A stretch of 58,014 nucleotides of DNA from Candidatus Magasanikiibacteriota bacterium (GTDB lineage: Bacteria > Patescibacteriota > Patescibacteriia > Magasanikbacterales > 2-02-FULL-50-9b): assembly GCA_943355025.1 (NCBI GenBank), contig CALRDW010000001.1, forward strand, positions 1 through 58,014, in the 5' to 3' direction. Of the stretch, positions 37,504 through 47,478 are shown piece after piece. The position numbers and the translations under genes are program-made. Below the pieces are notes generated by a model. The model had not been told where the DNA came from and ran no database searches. It saw nothing but the letters and a program-made list of their open reading frames with translations. The stretch's first letter is position 1; the number at the start of each line of letters is the position of its first letter.

Positions 37504-38516
37504 CACCGATCATCATTCAGCTCGTAACATGGAACGGCGAAAAATATATTCCGCATCTTTTTAAGTCATTGCGAGAACAAAAATTTCAGGATTTTGAATT
37601 GTGGATTTTGGATAATGGCTCTATAGACGCAACAGCTCAGCTTACACAAAAAGAATTGGAAACAATAAAACAACCGCATCGTTTTATACAAAAAGAAATA
37701 AATATTGGATTTGCACCAGGTCATAATGAATTGTTTCGTTCGAGTCTCGACGCAGCGCCGTATGTGGTTCTTTTAAATCAAGACATGATGTTGCCGTCAG
37801 AATTTTTAGAAAAACTTTTTTATTTTGTCGAAAGCCATCCCGATGCCGGTGCAGTGAGTGGTCGTTTAATGAAATGGGCATTTCCTGAAAAAACAAACTT
37901 GATTGATTCGCTTGGACTCAAGTCATTTAAAAATCATCGTTTCATTGATATGAATGGCGGGGAAGAATGGCGGAGTCTTGAGGATGATATAAAAGCGGTC
38001 GAGGTATTTGGAGTTTCGGGCGCGCTTCCGCTGTATCGAACTAATGCACTGAGGGATGTTTTGTATAATGAACAAATTTTTGATGAAGATTTTTTTTCGT
38101 ACAAAGAAGATGTAGATTTGGCGTGGCGTCTCCGCGAGGCAGGGTGGAGTGCTTTTTCTATTCTCGACGCGATTGCTTATCATGATCGGTCGGCATCTGG
38201 CCCACAGGGCATGAGCGACAAAGCGGCGATCGATAATCGAAAATATAAATCAAAACTCGTAAAATTTTATTCGTATCGGAACCATATTTTAATGCTTATA
38301 AAAAATTATTCATTTGAAGGTGGTGTAATGGGGTTTTTTGCAACTCTCTGGTATGAGTTGAAAAAAGCGATATATCTTTTTATTTTTACAACACGTGTAT
38401 TTGTCAAAACCTGGGTTGATGTGTTACGGTTGCTCCCAATCATGCTCCGAAAACGTGCATTTATACAGAAAAATAAACACAGCGCAGCGGACGAACTTGA
38501 CAATTGGTTTAAATAA
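37500..38516 (+). CDS. Glycosyltransferase family 2
   Basis: DNGS.D, N.GFA..HN, LLNQD, YKEDVDL.WR. Confidence 0.92.
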   Translation: MTPIIIQLVTWNGEKYIPHLFKSLREQKFQDFELWILDNGSIDATAQLTQKELETIKQPHRFIQKEINIGFAPGHNELFRSSLDAAPYVVLLNQDMMLPSEFLEKLFYFVESHPDAGAVSGRLMKWAFPEKTNLIDSLGLKSFKNHRFIDMNGGEEWRSLEDDIKAVEVFGVSGALPLYRTNALRDVLYNEQIFDEDFFSYKEDVDLAWRLREAGWSAFSILDAIAYHDRSASGPQGMSDKAAIDNRKYKSKLVKFYSYRNHILMLIKNYSFEGGVMGFFATLWYELKKAIYLFIFTTRVFVKTWVDVLRLLPIMLRKRAFIQKNKHSAADELDNWFK

Positions 38517-38519
38517 ATT

Positions 38520-39353
38520 ATGGTTGATGTTGGTATCGTAATTCTAAATTTTAAAATGCGCGCGCTTGTTGAGACTTGCCTCACAACGCTTTTTAATGAT
38601 ATTAAATCGGCTGGTCTGAGTGTATCAGTTATCGTAACTGATAATAAATCTGAAGACGGATTGGTTGAATGGATTGCCGAAAATTTTCCGCAAGTTACAA
38701 CAATAATTACAGAAGGGAACATTGGATTTGCGCGGGGCGTTAATCCTGGACTTCGCGCGCTTGAAGCGCGATATTATTTTGTGTTAAATCCGGACACGCA
38801 ATTTATCGAGCCAGAGACGATTCGTCGTTTGTACGACTGGATGGAAGAACATCCGAAAGTTGGTGTTTCAGCGCCACGTCTTCTGTATGGTGATGGTACG
38901 CTTCAATACTCTTGTCACCAATTTCCGAGTCTGAGTGTCCAACTCATTCGCCGCTCTCCATTATCGCGTCATTCTTTTTTTAAGAAACGCATCGATTCGT
39001 TTTTGCTCAAGGATATAGATCGCACGCAGGCGCGCCCCGTTGATTGGGTTCAGGGCAGCGCTATGTTTATTCGCCACGAAGCATTGCAAGAGGTTGGACT
39101 GCTCGACGAAGGTTTTTGGATGTATTTTGAAGACACGGATTGGTGCCGTCGTTTTTGGCAGCGCGGTTGGCTCATTTATTATGTGCCGCAGATTGCACTC
39201 GTGCATCATCATGGTCGTGGCAGTGCGTCGGTTCCAGGAATAATTGCACCGCTCTTTAAAAATCCGCTTGCTCGTGCGCATCTTAAAAGTTGGGCGCGTT
39301 ATTTTTGGAAGTGGCGCGGCTCACGTTCTCAAAATATTCAACCAATTCTATGA
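38520..39353 (+). CDS. Glycosyltransferase family 2 (WbbL-like)
   Basis: DN.S.DG, LNPD, VDWVQG, YFEDTDWC. Confidence 0.92.
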   Translation: MVDVGIVILNFKMRALVETCLTTLFNDIKSAGLSVSVIVTDNKSEDGLVEWIAENFPQVTTIITEGNIGFARGVNPGLRALEARYYFVLNPDTQFIEPETIRRLYDWMEEHPKVGVSAPRLLYGDGTLQYSCHQFPSLSVQLIRRSPLSRHSFFKKRIDSFLLKDIDRTQARPVDWVQGSAMFIRHEALQEVGLLDEGFWMYFEDTDWCRRFWQRGWLIYYVPQIALVHHHGRGSASVPGIIAPLFKNPLARAHLKSWARYFWKWRGSRSQNIQPIL

Positions 39354-40438
39354 AACGCATCGCAATAATTTATTTGTCATTCCACTGCGAGCCGTACATT
39401 GATGATGTGGTCAAAGGGCTCGAATCGGTAAAGTATCCGAAAGAAGCGCTTGAGCTTATTATTGTTGACAATCCACACCCGCAGCACGGCCTGAGCGTTC
39501 CATTTTTGGAGCAACATGTCATGCCAAAGTCCGGCATCACACTTCCAAAAGTTACAATTTTACCGCAAACAGAAAATTTAGGTTTTGCTGGTGGGAACAA
39601 TGCTGGCGTTGAATATGCAGAAAAAAATAATTTTGATTTTGTTTTTTTCTTGAACAACGATGCGTATCCGACAGAAAATACTTTTTCTGAATTAGTGAAA
39701 GTTTTTGAATCGGATCCAAAAATCGCAATTGCACAGTCATTAATTTTATTGCAGCAGCGACCGGAACTTATTAATTCAAGCGGCAACATGATTCAGTTTT
39801 GCGGGTTTGGATATTGTCGTGATTACCAAGTGCCTATCAAAGAACGCAATTTTAAAGATGTTGAAGATGTTCCGTATGCATCTGGCTGCGCGTTAATGAT
39901 TCCAACTGTTCTTTGTAAAAAATTTGGCTCATGGGACAAAGATTTTTTCATGTACCACGAAGATATGGAGTGGTCGCTCAGACTTAAATCTATGGGCTAT
40001 CGAACGGTTCTTGCGTCAAAATCAATTGTGTACCATGCGTATGAATTTCAGCGATCCATCACAAAATTTTATTGGATGGAACGCAATCGTTTCGGTGTGC
40101 TGCTTATGTTTTTAAAATGGCCGACACTAGTTTTGATCGCGCCCGCAGTTCTTATTTATGAAATCGGCACATATGCTTTTGCGTGGCGCGGGGGCTGGTG
40201 GCGCGAAAAACACAAGTTGTATGTGTATTGGTCTCAGGCCTCAACGTGGCGTATGTGGCTCGAAAAACGAGCTCGCATTCAAAGACAGCGCTCTGTTTCT
40301 GATAGCGAATTGACCAAGGATTTTGTCGGGCACGTCAGTTTTCAAGAATCACGCGTTGAAAACCCGATATTGCGTTATATTGTGAACCCCTTCATGTCGC
40401 TTTACTGGGGTATTGCACATTGGCTCATTTTTTGGTAA
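39350..40438 (+). CDS. Glycosyltransferase family 2
   Basis: NLGFAGGNN, LNNDA, SGCA, FFMY.ED. Confidence 0.92.
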   Translation: MKRIAIIYLSFHCEPYIDDVVKGLESVKYPKEALELIIVDNPHPQHGLSVPFLEQHVMPKSGITLPKVTILPQTENLGFAGGNNAGVEYAEKNNFDFVFFLNNDAYPTENTFSELVKVFESDPKIAIAQSLILLQQRPELINSSGNMIQFCGFGYCRDYQVPIKERNFKDVEDVPYASGCALMIPTVLCKKFGSWDKDFFMYHEDMEWSLRLKSMGYRTVLASKSIVYHAYEFQRSITKFYWMERNRFGVLLMFLKWPTLVLIAPAVLIYEIGTYAFAWRGGWWREKHKLYVYWSQASTWRMWLEKRARIQRQRSVSDSELTKDFVGHVSFQESRVENPILRYIVNPFMSLYWGIAHWLIFW

Positions 40439-40450
40439 GGTCGGCGCACT

Positions 40451-41524
40451 ATGCGAGCACTTATCGCTGCGGGTGGTCACGCGACGCGCCTGCGCCCAAT
40501 TACCTACACCATCAACAAACACATCATTCCGCTTGCAAACAAGCCCATGATTTTTAATGCCATTGAAAAATTGGCGGGTGTTGGCGTCAAGGAAATTTTT
40601 ATAAACGTTAATCCTGGTGAGCAAGAGATGCAGCGGTACGTCGGCGATGGGAGTGAGTGGGGAGTTAAAATTCATTATATCGAGCAATCCGGCGGCCCGA
40701 AAGGTCTTGCGCATATTATCAAAAATGCGGAACCGTATTTGCGTGGTGAGCCGTTTATTTTTTATCTGGGCGATAACATTATCTTGGGCTCGCTTCAAAG
40801 ATTTGTTGAGCGTTTTGAACGCGACGGATTAGATTGTCTGCTTGCATTTGCGCGCGTGAAAGATCCGTCACGCTTTGGCGTCGCGGTAATTGAAAATGGG
40901 AAGCTCATACGCGTTGAAGAAAAACCGATAAATCCAAAATCTGATCTCGCTCAAACAGGAATTTATTTATATAACGATTCAATTTTTGACGCGGTAAATA
41001 AAATTGAACCAAGTTCGCGCGGCGAATATGAAATTTCAGATGCGAACACATACTTAATTACATCGGGGCGTCGCGTTGGATGGGAAGAAATTACAGGTTG
41101 GTGGAAAGACACGGGGAAGCCCGAAGATTTACTTGAGGGAAATCAATTACTTCTCGATGAATTTATAACGACCTCGAAAAATGATGCGATGGTCGGTCCC
41201 GACGTTGTGATTCAAGGACGTGTTTCAATCGGAAAAGGAACGGTTATTTGGGACAATGTTTTGATACGTGGACCAGTGATTATTGGAGAAAACGCAGTTA
41301 TTAAAAATAGTTATATTGGGCCGTATAGTTCAATCGGAAATAATTGTACTATTGAAAATACTGAAATCGAGCACTCAATCGTGCTTGAACATGCGAATAT
41401 TAATGCGGATACACGCATCGTTGATTCTATCATTGGAAAGAATGCAATCATTCGAAGTGCAAAATCGTCATTGCCGCTTGGACACAAATTGGTAGTCGGA
41501 GATAATTCGCAAGTTGAAATTTAA
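40451..41524 (+). CDS. rfbA: Glucose-1-phosphate thymidylyltransferase, long form
   Basis: GG.ATRLRP.T....K...P.ANKP, LGDN, EEKP, RGEYEI, WKDTG; hexapeptide C-terminus. Confidence 0.93.
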   Translation: MRALIAAGGHATRLRPITYTINKHIIPLANKPMIFNAIEKLAGVGVKEIFINVNPGEQEMQRYVGDGSEWGVKIHYIEQSGGPKGLAHIIKNAEPYLRGEPFIFYLGDNIILGSLQRFVERFERDGLDCLLAFARVKDPSRFGVAVIENGKLIRVEEKPINPKSDLAQTGIYLYNDSIFDAVNKIEPSSRGEYEISDANTYLITSGRRVGWEEITGWWKDTGKPEDLLEGNQLLLDEFITTSKNDAMVGPDVVIQGRVSIGKGTVIWDNVLIRGPVIIGENAVIKNSYIGPYSSIGNNCTIENTEIEHSIVLEHANINADTRIVDSIIGKNAIIRSAKSSLPLGHKLVVGDNSQVEI

Positions 41525-41525
41525 T

Positions 41526-42512
41526 TTAACGATACGTTCGGCTGTATTGGAATGTGCTGGATGTGTTTTCGGTTGTATAAATGAGCGCTGTTTGATCATC
41601 AGAAACAAATGCAGCAGAAATTCCGCTTGCCGAGACAAGCTCGATCGGTGTTGCTTGCGGCTCGCTGAGCTCATACGCAACTATTTGATCAGCAAAGACA
41701 ACTGCGACAACATTTAACGGCGTGAGCGGTAGTACAGTCACAATCGGTTTGCTTTGGCGAGTGACGAGTGCCGCACCACCGGTTGCTGTATTAATTTGCC
41801 AGACTTCAAATTTAGAAAATGCAAACAGTGTTGTTGTGCCTTTATATATATAAGGAACGATTGTGTCGCCAGAAATTGAAACAATGGGGGTGTCAATTGA
41901 GTCCCAGCGACGGAGCACGAGATCGTGTGTGACCGAGTGGAAGAGCGCGAGCATGTTCGCGTCGCCGCCGGCGACACGCCATGAGCCGACGCCTAAGTCG
42001 CGCGACGCGAGGGTACCGTCAATAATAAGTTGTGTGCCGCGCGCCGCTGTTGTTGTCACGCTCACCACGTGGCCTGCAACGGTAACGGGGTCGGACGCGA
42101 GAAACGTCTGCACGATAAATCGCGCAGCGGTGCTTGTTGCGGCAGTGCCAAGTAGTTTTGCAGGGCCACTCGTCGGTAAATAAATATCATTAACAAATGC
42201 TGTTGTTCGCGGTTCGATATGGATATCTCGTTTGTAGGAGATGAATCCATCTTTTGATATTTCAATATGGTGCGAGCCTGGGAACAACGCACGAATACGG
42301 GCTGGTGAGGAATTTGTAATCAGAACTTCGTCTACATAAACATTCGCGTTTGTCGGTGTAAATGTTGCCAAAATGTTTCCTGTTTGTGCAAAACGAAGTG
42401 GTGCGAATCGTAATCGATATCCATTTGCAAATAAAAGTATGGCCGTTGCAGTTACAAAATAACAAACGACCATTAACCAAAAAACAAAGCGACGGGTTTT
42501 AAGTCTGAGCAT
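41526..42512 (-). CDS. PEGA-domain membrane-anchored protein
   Basis: N-terminal TM, A.GYR, TG.I....P..A.VYVD, L.PG.H.I.ISK.G. Confidence 0.82.
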   Translation of the reverse strand: MLRLKTRRFVFWLMVVCYFVTATAILLFANGYRLRFAPLRFAQTGNILATFTPTNANVYVDEVLITNSSPARIRALFPGSHHIEISKDGFISYKRDIHIEPRTTAFVNDIYLPTSGPAKLLGTAATSTAARFIVQTFLASDPVTVAGHVVSVTTTAARGTQLIIDGTLASRDLGVGSWRVAGGDANMLALFHSVTHDLVLRRWDSIDTPIVSISGDTIVPYIYKGTTTLFAFSKFEVWQINTATGGAALVTRQSKPIVTVLPLTPLNVVAVVFADQIVAYELSEPQATPIELVSASGISAAFVSDDQTALIYTTENTSSTFQYSRTYR

Positions 42513-42566
42513 GGGGTTGAAAAAAATTCATGTTTACTGTACACTTCTGAGTAAATATCAGCAAGT

Positions 42567-43838
42567 ATGGCGTACTTCCGCATCAACGGTCAAAAACCAA
42601 TTTCAGGGGAAATTTCAGTTACTGGCGCAAAAAATGCAGCGCTTAAGTTTATTGCAGCTTCGCTCGTATGCGACGGACCTGTTCGGTTAACGAACATGCC
42701 GGACATTCAAGATGTGCGTCGCATGCTTACTCTTGTTGCAGCGCTCGGCGTTGGCGTAAAACACGATCGCGAAGCGCACGTAGTCGAACTCGACCCCCGC
42801 ACACTTTCAAGTTTTGAAATTCCGGCAGATCTTGCAAAGACAATTCGTACCTCAATCATGCTCGTTGGCCCACTCCTCACGCGTTTTAATAAAGCGTGTA
42901 TCGGTTTTCCTGGCGGCTGCGTTATTGGACGACGACCGATTGATTTATATTTGAAAGGATATGAATTATTTGGTGCGAGCATTCACGATGTTGGTGACGC
43001 GTTTGAATTTGTTGCGCCGCATCTGCAACCAATGACATTTGTTTTTCCAATCATTAGCGTTGTTGCAACAGAAACATTTCTTATAACAGCGTCGCGCATT
43101 CCGGGAATAACAATTCTCAAAAATGCTGCACAAGAGCCGGAGGTTGTTGCGCTCGCAGAATTTTTATCTGCATGTGGTGCGCGAATTACAGGTGCGGGAA
43201 CGCCAACAATTACGATAGAGGGCGTTGCATCGCTTTCCGGCGGAGAATTTGAAATCATTCCTGACAGAATCGAAGCAGGAACGTTTGTTATTTTGGGCGC
43301 GCTGACACGTGGTCGTGTGCGCGTCACGAATTGTAATCCAGAACATCTTGAAAATTTATTAGCACACCTTGAAATGGCTGGTGCGCCGTTTGATGTTGGC
43401 GAAAATTGGATCGAAACAAAACCGTATCAGCATGCTTTGCGTGCAGTAAATGTAAAGACGCACGAGTATCCAGGTTTTGTCACTGATGTGCAAGCGCCGT
43501 TTACGGTTTTGCTCACACAAGCTGAAGGGAACTCGCTCGTGCACGAAACGATTTTTGAGGGCCGCATGTTTTATACGGATCTTCTCAATCGCATGGGTGC
43601 GAATATTATTTTGTGTGATCCACATCGCGCAATTGTTCAAGGAGCGACGCCGCTTATGGGCCGCAAATTGGAGAGCCCTGATATTCGTGCGGGCATAGCA
43701 ATGGTACTAGCCGGACTTATTGCGAAAGGCGAAACCATTATTGCAAATATCGAGATGATTGATCGCGGGTATGAAAATATTGATGCGCGCCTGCGATCAC
43801 TCGGAGCCGATATTGTGCGAGTACAAGACATCGAATAA
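42567..43838 (+). CDS. murA: UDP-N-acetylglucosamine 1-carboxyvinyltransferase
   Basis: GAKNAAL, PGGC.IG.RP, NAA.EPE, PDRIEAGT, DRGYE. Confidence 0.97.
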   Translation: MAYFRINGQKPISGEISVTGAKNAALKFIAASLVCDGPVRLTNMPDIQDVRRMLTLVAALGVGVKHDREAHVVELDPRTLSSFEIPADLAKTIRTSIMLVGPLLTRFNKACIGFPGGCVIGRRPIDLYLKGYELFGASIHDVGDAFEFVAPHLQPMTFVFPIISVVATETFLITASRIPGITILKNAAQEPEVVALAEFLSACGARITGAGTPTITIEGVASLSGGEFEIIPDRIEAGTFVILGALTRGRVRVTNCNPEHLENLLAHLEMAGAPFDVGENWIETKPYQHALRAVNVKTHEYPGFVTDVQAPFTVLLTQAEGNSLVHETIFEGRMFYTDLLNRMGANIILCDPHRAIVQGATPLMGRKLESPDIRAGIAMVLAGLIAKGETIIANIEMIDRGYENIDARLRSLGADIVRVQDIE

Positions 43839-43846
43839 TTATTTCT

Positions 43847-45157
43847 ATGGATAAAGTTGAATCAACAGCACCGGCGGTTACACCAACAACCTCAAAAATT
43901 GGACGCTACGTCATCGGTATTTTTTTGCTCGCGGCTTTTGGCGCTGGTATTGAAGTCGGTCAAGCAATTACTCACTCAAGCGCCACCCTTTCGGAGGTTT
44001 TTGGACCAGCCGCAACAAATACGGTAAAAATTATTAATAAAAACGCAAAAGGCACTGCGAGTAAAAATGTTGATTTCAGTCAGTTTTGGGATGTATGGAG
44101 TAAAATTCAGGAAAAATCAGTGAAGCGCCCAATTGATGAAAAGCAAATGTATTACGGCGCTGTCAGCGGGTTGGTTGCGTCTCTTGGCGATCCATACTCG
44201 GTTTTTTTCACGCCACAAGTTGCAACGGAATTCCAAGAAGAACTCGCAGGATCATTTTCAGGCATTGGCGCAGAAGTCGGCGCAAAGGATGGACGAGTCG
44301 TTGTCGTTGCCCCGCTTCCAGATTCGCCAGCGGAACGTGCAGATGTGCGCGCCGGGGATTTTATAAATTCAGTTGATGGAAAAGCAACCGCCGGTCTTAC
44401 CGTTGATGAAGTGGTAAAACAAATTCGAGGGCCGCAGGGAACGAGCGTGACACTTGTTGTTGAGCGAACCGACGTTAAAGAGCCGATTAAGATTGTGCTC
44501 AAACGCGAGAAAATAGAATTGAAAAGTGTACTCACGCAGCAGCTTCCAAATAATGTCCTGCTCGTTACAGTGACAAGTTTTAATGATCAAACGTGGCCGC
44601 AATTTAATCAGGCCATTTCGTTAGCGCAAAGTAAAAAATCGCAAGGGATTGTAGTTGATCTTAGAAATAATCCTGGTGGATTTTTTGAAACCGCAATTGA
44701 TTTTGCGAGTGAATGGTTGGATTCCGGAGCAGTTGTTGTTTCAGAACGCGGTGCTGATAAAACAAAACGGCAGGATTACACGACAACAGGAAATCATCGT
44801 CTCAAAGGAATACCAACTGTGGTGCTCGTGAATGGCGGCTCGGCAAGCGCGTCTGAAATTGTTGCCGGTGCACTTCAGGATCAAGGCAAGGCAAAAATTA
44901 TTGGCACAAAATCTTTTGGCAAAGGTTCGGTTCAAGAATACGAAGAATTGCCTGATGGATCGGCGCTCAAATTAACGATTGCATTGTGGTATACACCGAA
45001 GGACCGCTCTATCAATGAGTTAGGTATTACGCCAGACATCACAATTGACGAAAAACTTATAAAAGACGAGGGACAGCAGAGCATCGTAATTCGCCGCGAC
45101 GTTTCAAAGGATGTATTTATTCAACGCGCTCTTCAGTTTTTGAAAAGCGGGAAATAA
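43847..45157 (+). CDS. ctpA: S41 C-terminal processing peptidase with PDZ domain
   Basis: DPYS, GIGA, DLRNNPGG, SASASEI.AGAL, GKGSVQ. Confidence 0.93.
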   Translation: MDKVESTAPAVTPTTSKIGRYVIGIFLLAAFGAGIEVGQAITHSSATLSEVFGPAATNTVKIINKNAKGTASKNVDFSQFWDVWSKIQEKSVKRPIDEKQMYYGAVSGLVASLGDPYSVFFTPQVATEFQEELAGSFSGIGAEVGAKDGRVVVVAPLPDSPAERADVRAGDFINSVDGKATAGLTVDEVVKQIRGPQGTSVTLVVERTDVKEPIKIVLKREKIELKSVLTQQLPNNVLLVTVTSFNDQTWPQFNQAISLAQSKKSQGIVVDLRNNPGGFFETAIDFASEWLDSGAVVVSERGADKTKRQDYTTTGNHRLKGIPTVVLVNGGSASASEIVAGALQDQGKAKIIGTKSFGKGSVQEYEELPDGSALKLTIALWYTPKDRSINELGITPDITIDEKLIKDEGQQSIVIRRDVSKDVFIQRALQFLKSGK

Positions 45158-45158
45158 T

Positions 45159-45539
45159 ATGGTGCCTCTTGAGAGTGTGAGCGGCCCGATTGTGCGCGGA
45201 TCTGAGGAAGGTCGCGCACTCGGATACCCAACGATCAATGTTTCATATAGTGAACGACCGTTTGTTTCGCTACCTGGGGTTTATGCTGCACGAGTGTGGA
45301 TTGACGGCGAAAAATTTCAAGGTGCTGCTGTGGTCGGCGGAGATTTTTTAGTTTCGCGTACGCCAAAGCTCGAAGTTTTTTTGCTTGGAGACACTGTGGC
45401 GGATCGATACGGTCAAAATGCAGAAGTTGAATTACTTGAATTCATAAGTGCGCTCGAGAAAATACCTGTAATTGACGAGCTCATAAAAAAAATTGAGCAG
45501 GATATTCTACGGGTGAAAGAATACTTTTTGCGAGATTAG
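45159..45539 (+). CDS. Stand-alone riboflavin kinase domain
   Basis: G...GR.LGYPT.N, GVY, L...I..D. Confidence 0.85.
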   Translation: MVPLESVSGPIVRGSEEGRALGYPTINVSYSERPFVSLPGVYAARVWIDGEKFQGAAVVGGDFLVSRTPKLEVFLLGDTVADRYGQNAEVELLEFISALEKIPVIDELIKKIEQDILRVKEYFLRD

Positions 45540-45540
45540 T

Positions 45541-46131
45541 ATGTTTACGGGAATTATTACGGAAGTTGGTGAAATCATTGATGCTCGCGATGAACAGGGG
45601 TGGCGAGTTGTACAGGTGAGCGGACCAAAAACAGCTGCGCGAGTTCTCCGTGGTTCGAGTGTTGCAATAAATGGTGTGTGTTTGACTGTTCAAACAATAG
45701 CCGAGAATGGCAGCATGCAATTTTCAATTTTGCCGCAGACCCTTGCTGTAACACTGATCAGTAATTGGCAACCGGGTACAAAAGTTAATTTAGAAAATGC
45801 GCTTCGTGTTGGCGACGAACTCGGTGGCCATTTTGTATATGGCCACGTCGACGGCACAGCAACTGTTGTAGCAGTTACACAGGAGGGTGAATCCACGCGC
45901 ATTCGTATGACGCTTCCACCCGAACTCCATAAATTTACGGCGCCTAGAGGATCTATTTCGATAAATGGAACAAGCCTTACAATAGCGGAACGTGGCGATG
46001 CATATATTGAAGTCGCACTTGTTGCATACACACTTTTAAATACAACATTGGGGGAATTGAAGGTTGGTGACGCTGTGCATGTCGAGTGTGATATGCTTTT
46101 AAAATTTATTGCGCAGGCGGCTGTGCATTGA
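45541..46131 (+). CDS. ribE: Riboflavin synthase alpha chain
   Basis: MFTGII, S.A.NGVCLTV, VNLE, GGH.V.GHVD, G.SLT. Confidence 0.96.
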   Translation: MFTGIITEVGEIIDARDEQGWRVVQVSGPKTAARVLRGSSVAINGVCLTVQTIAENGSMQFSILPQTLAVTLISNWQPGTKVNLENALRVGDELGGHFVYGHVDGTATVVAVTQEGESTRIRMTLPPELHKFTAPRGSISINGTSLTIAERGDAYIEVALVAYTLLNTTLGELKVGDAVHVECDMLLKFIAQAAVH

Positions 46132-46156
46132 CAAAAAGCGCTCCAAATGCTAGTGT
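46128..46156 (+). promoter_or_regulatory. Cassette 6 promoter
   Basis: TTGACA (contains the ribE TGA stop)-N17-TAGTGT with TG; hairpin GTAGG-ga-CCTAC. Confidence 0.75.
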
Positions 46157-46181
46157 AGGGACCTACAAAATGAGGTGTATC

Positions 46182-46514
46182 ATGTGGCTCATTGATATCT
46201 TTAGAGAGTGGTCAAAAAAGAAGTCTGGACGCAATAAACGGCAGCCTTTTACGTACGAAGCCGTGTTGCTGGCGCTTGAAAAAGCGGGTGGTATGCGGAT
46301 TGAGCTTGAGCTGCGCGAAGAGCTCGGATATTACGAGGTGAGCCCTGTGTGCGACCACGTTGTTGCACGCTTGGCGAGTCGCGGGCACATTAAAATTGTT
46401 TCGCACTTTGTCGCCGGCGAGTCGATGGTGTCTCGTGCGCTTCAAATCACAGACTGTGGGCGTACCACGCTCGATACTGAGCATATGAGGAATTATCGAT
46501 GCAAGTCGAATTAA
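46182..46514 (+). CDS. Winged-helix-like ORFan (cassette 6, gene 1)
   Basis: GAGGTG SD; ELREELG...V....L..RG.I....SRALQIT..G. Confidence 0.65.
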   Translation: MWLIDIFREWSKKKSGRNKRQPFTYEAVLLALEKAGGMRIELELREELGYYEVSPVCDHVVARLASRGHIKIVSHFVAGESMVSRALQITDCGRTTLDTEHMRNYRCKSN

Positions 46515-47092
46515 ATGCCGCGGTTACGACTGTTGCGACGAGCGATGACGAGGTGCTCTTGCTCAAAGCGGCGGCGATTGTTCTTGAAAAGATGAAAGGA
46601 GCGAAGGATCACGGCAACTTTGGATTCAGCATCATCCTTCATGGACAGCAGGACTCAGGCAAATTTTCCGCACATACAGGGGCCGGCGGTAATGTGAGTA
46701 TCGATTCAGGTCCGGATACAAAGAAAACACGTGTGTTTTCAAACGTGACCCCTGAGCGCGTTGGTCAGTGGCGCGTGTGGCGTGAAGTCGATTCCATTCT
46801 GGTTCAGAATTTTCAGGACTACAAACGCGACCAGGAACAAATTTCGGCATCGATGCGCCCATATAGGTGTATCAAATTTGATCAGCGAACGTTTGACATC
46901 GTCGACGTCAGCCAGATCGAGTTTCCTGAGGAATTGACGATGAGGCTGTTCTTTATTACGTTTCGCGGAAGTTCCGTTGAGTACCTGACGGGACCGAATA
47001 AAGGGTTTGTTGATGAGGAAACTGTTTTCCCACGACTGATCGCTCTGCGGAATTGGTGGCGTAGTCTGTGGAATCGCGATAAGAAGAAGTAA
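46499..47092 (+). CDS. ORFan (cassette 6, gene 2)
   Basis: GAGGA SD; long ORF followed by a terminator. Confidence 0.7.
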   Translation: MQVELNAAVTTVATSDDEVLLLKAAAIVLEKMKGAKDHGNFGFSIILHGQQDSGKFSAHTGAGGNVSIDSGPDTKKTRVFSNVTPERVGQWRVWREVDSILVQNFQDYKRDQEQISASMRPYRCIKFDQRTFDIVDVSQIEFPEELTMRLFFITFRGSSVEYLTGPNKGFVDEETVFPRLIALRNWWRSLWNRDKKK

Positions 47093-47115
47093 GTCGCGCA
47101 ACAGCGACTGACGGG

Positions 47116-47155
47116 TGCCGGCAATTCCTTTGAGAATCGTCGGCATTTTTATTTT
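47116..47155 (+). terminator. Cassette 6 terminator
   Basis: TGCCGGC.ATTC...GAAT.GTCGGCA then TTTTTATTTT. Confidence 0.7.
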
Positions 47156-47203
47156 CAACAGGATTCCAAAGTTTAGTAACTAGTCCAATACATTAGTTCA
47201 ACA

Positions 47204-47362
47204 TATACCCAAAGAAATTATTTGTGCTGTTCGTGGTACGTGTCGATTTTCTCAGCAGAAAATCGCACTCATTCTCGGTGCTGCTCGTCCGCGTTTACGC
47301 GGACACTGACCCGCAGCACCTCCGAGAGCCCCCTCGCAGCACAAATAATTTCTTTGGGTATA
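47204..47362. mobile_element. 159-bp MITE/REPIN-like element with perfect 26-bp terminal inverted repeats
   Basis: TATACCCAAAGAAATTATTTGTGCTG ... CAGCACAAATAATTTCTTTGGGTATA enclosing two hairpins. Confidence 0.6.
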
Positions 47363-47478
47363 CCTCCATTCGCGTGTTATTCTACTCCCATACTTCCTAA
47401 TCCTTTTGAAAAACCTCTTATAGAGCTTTTGGAGGATTGCGGTGCAAGCTCTGCCGTTGGGTAAAATTGATGATTTTT

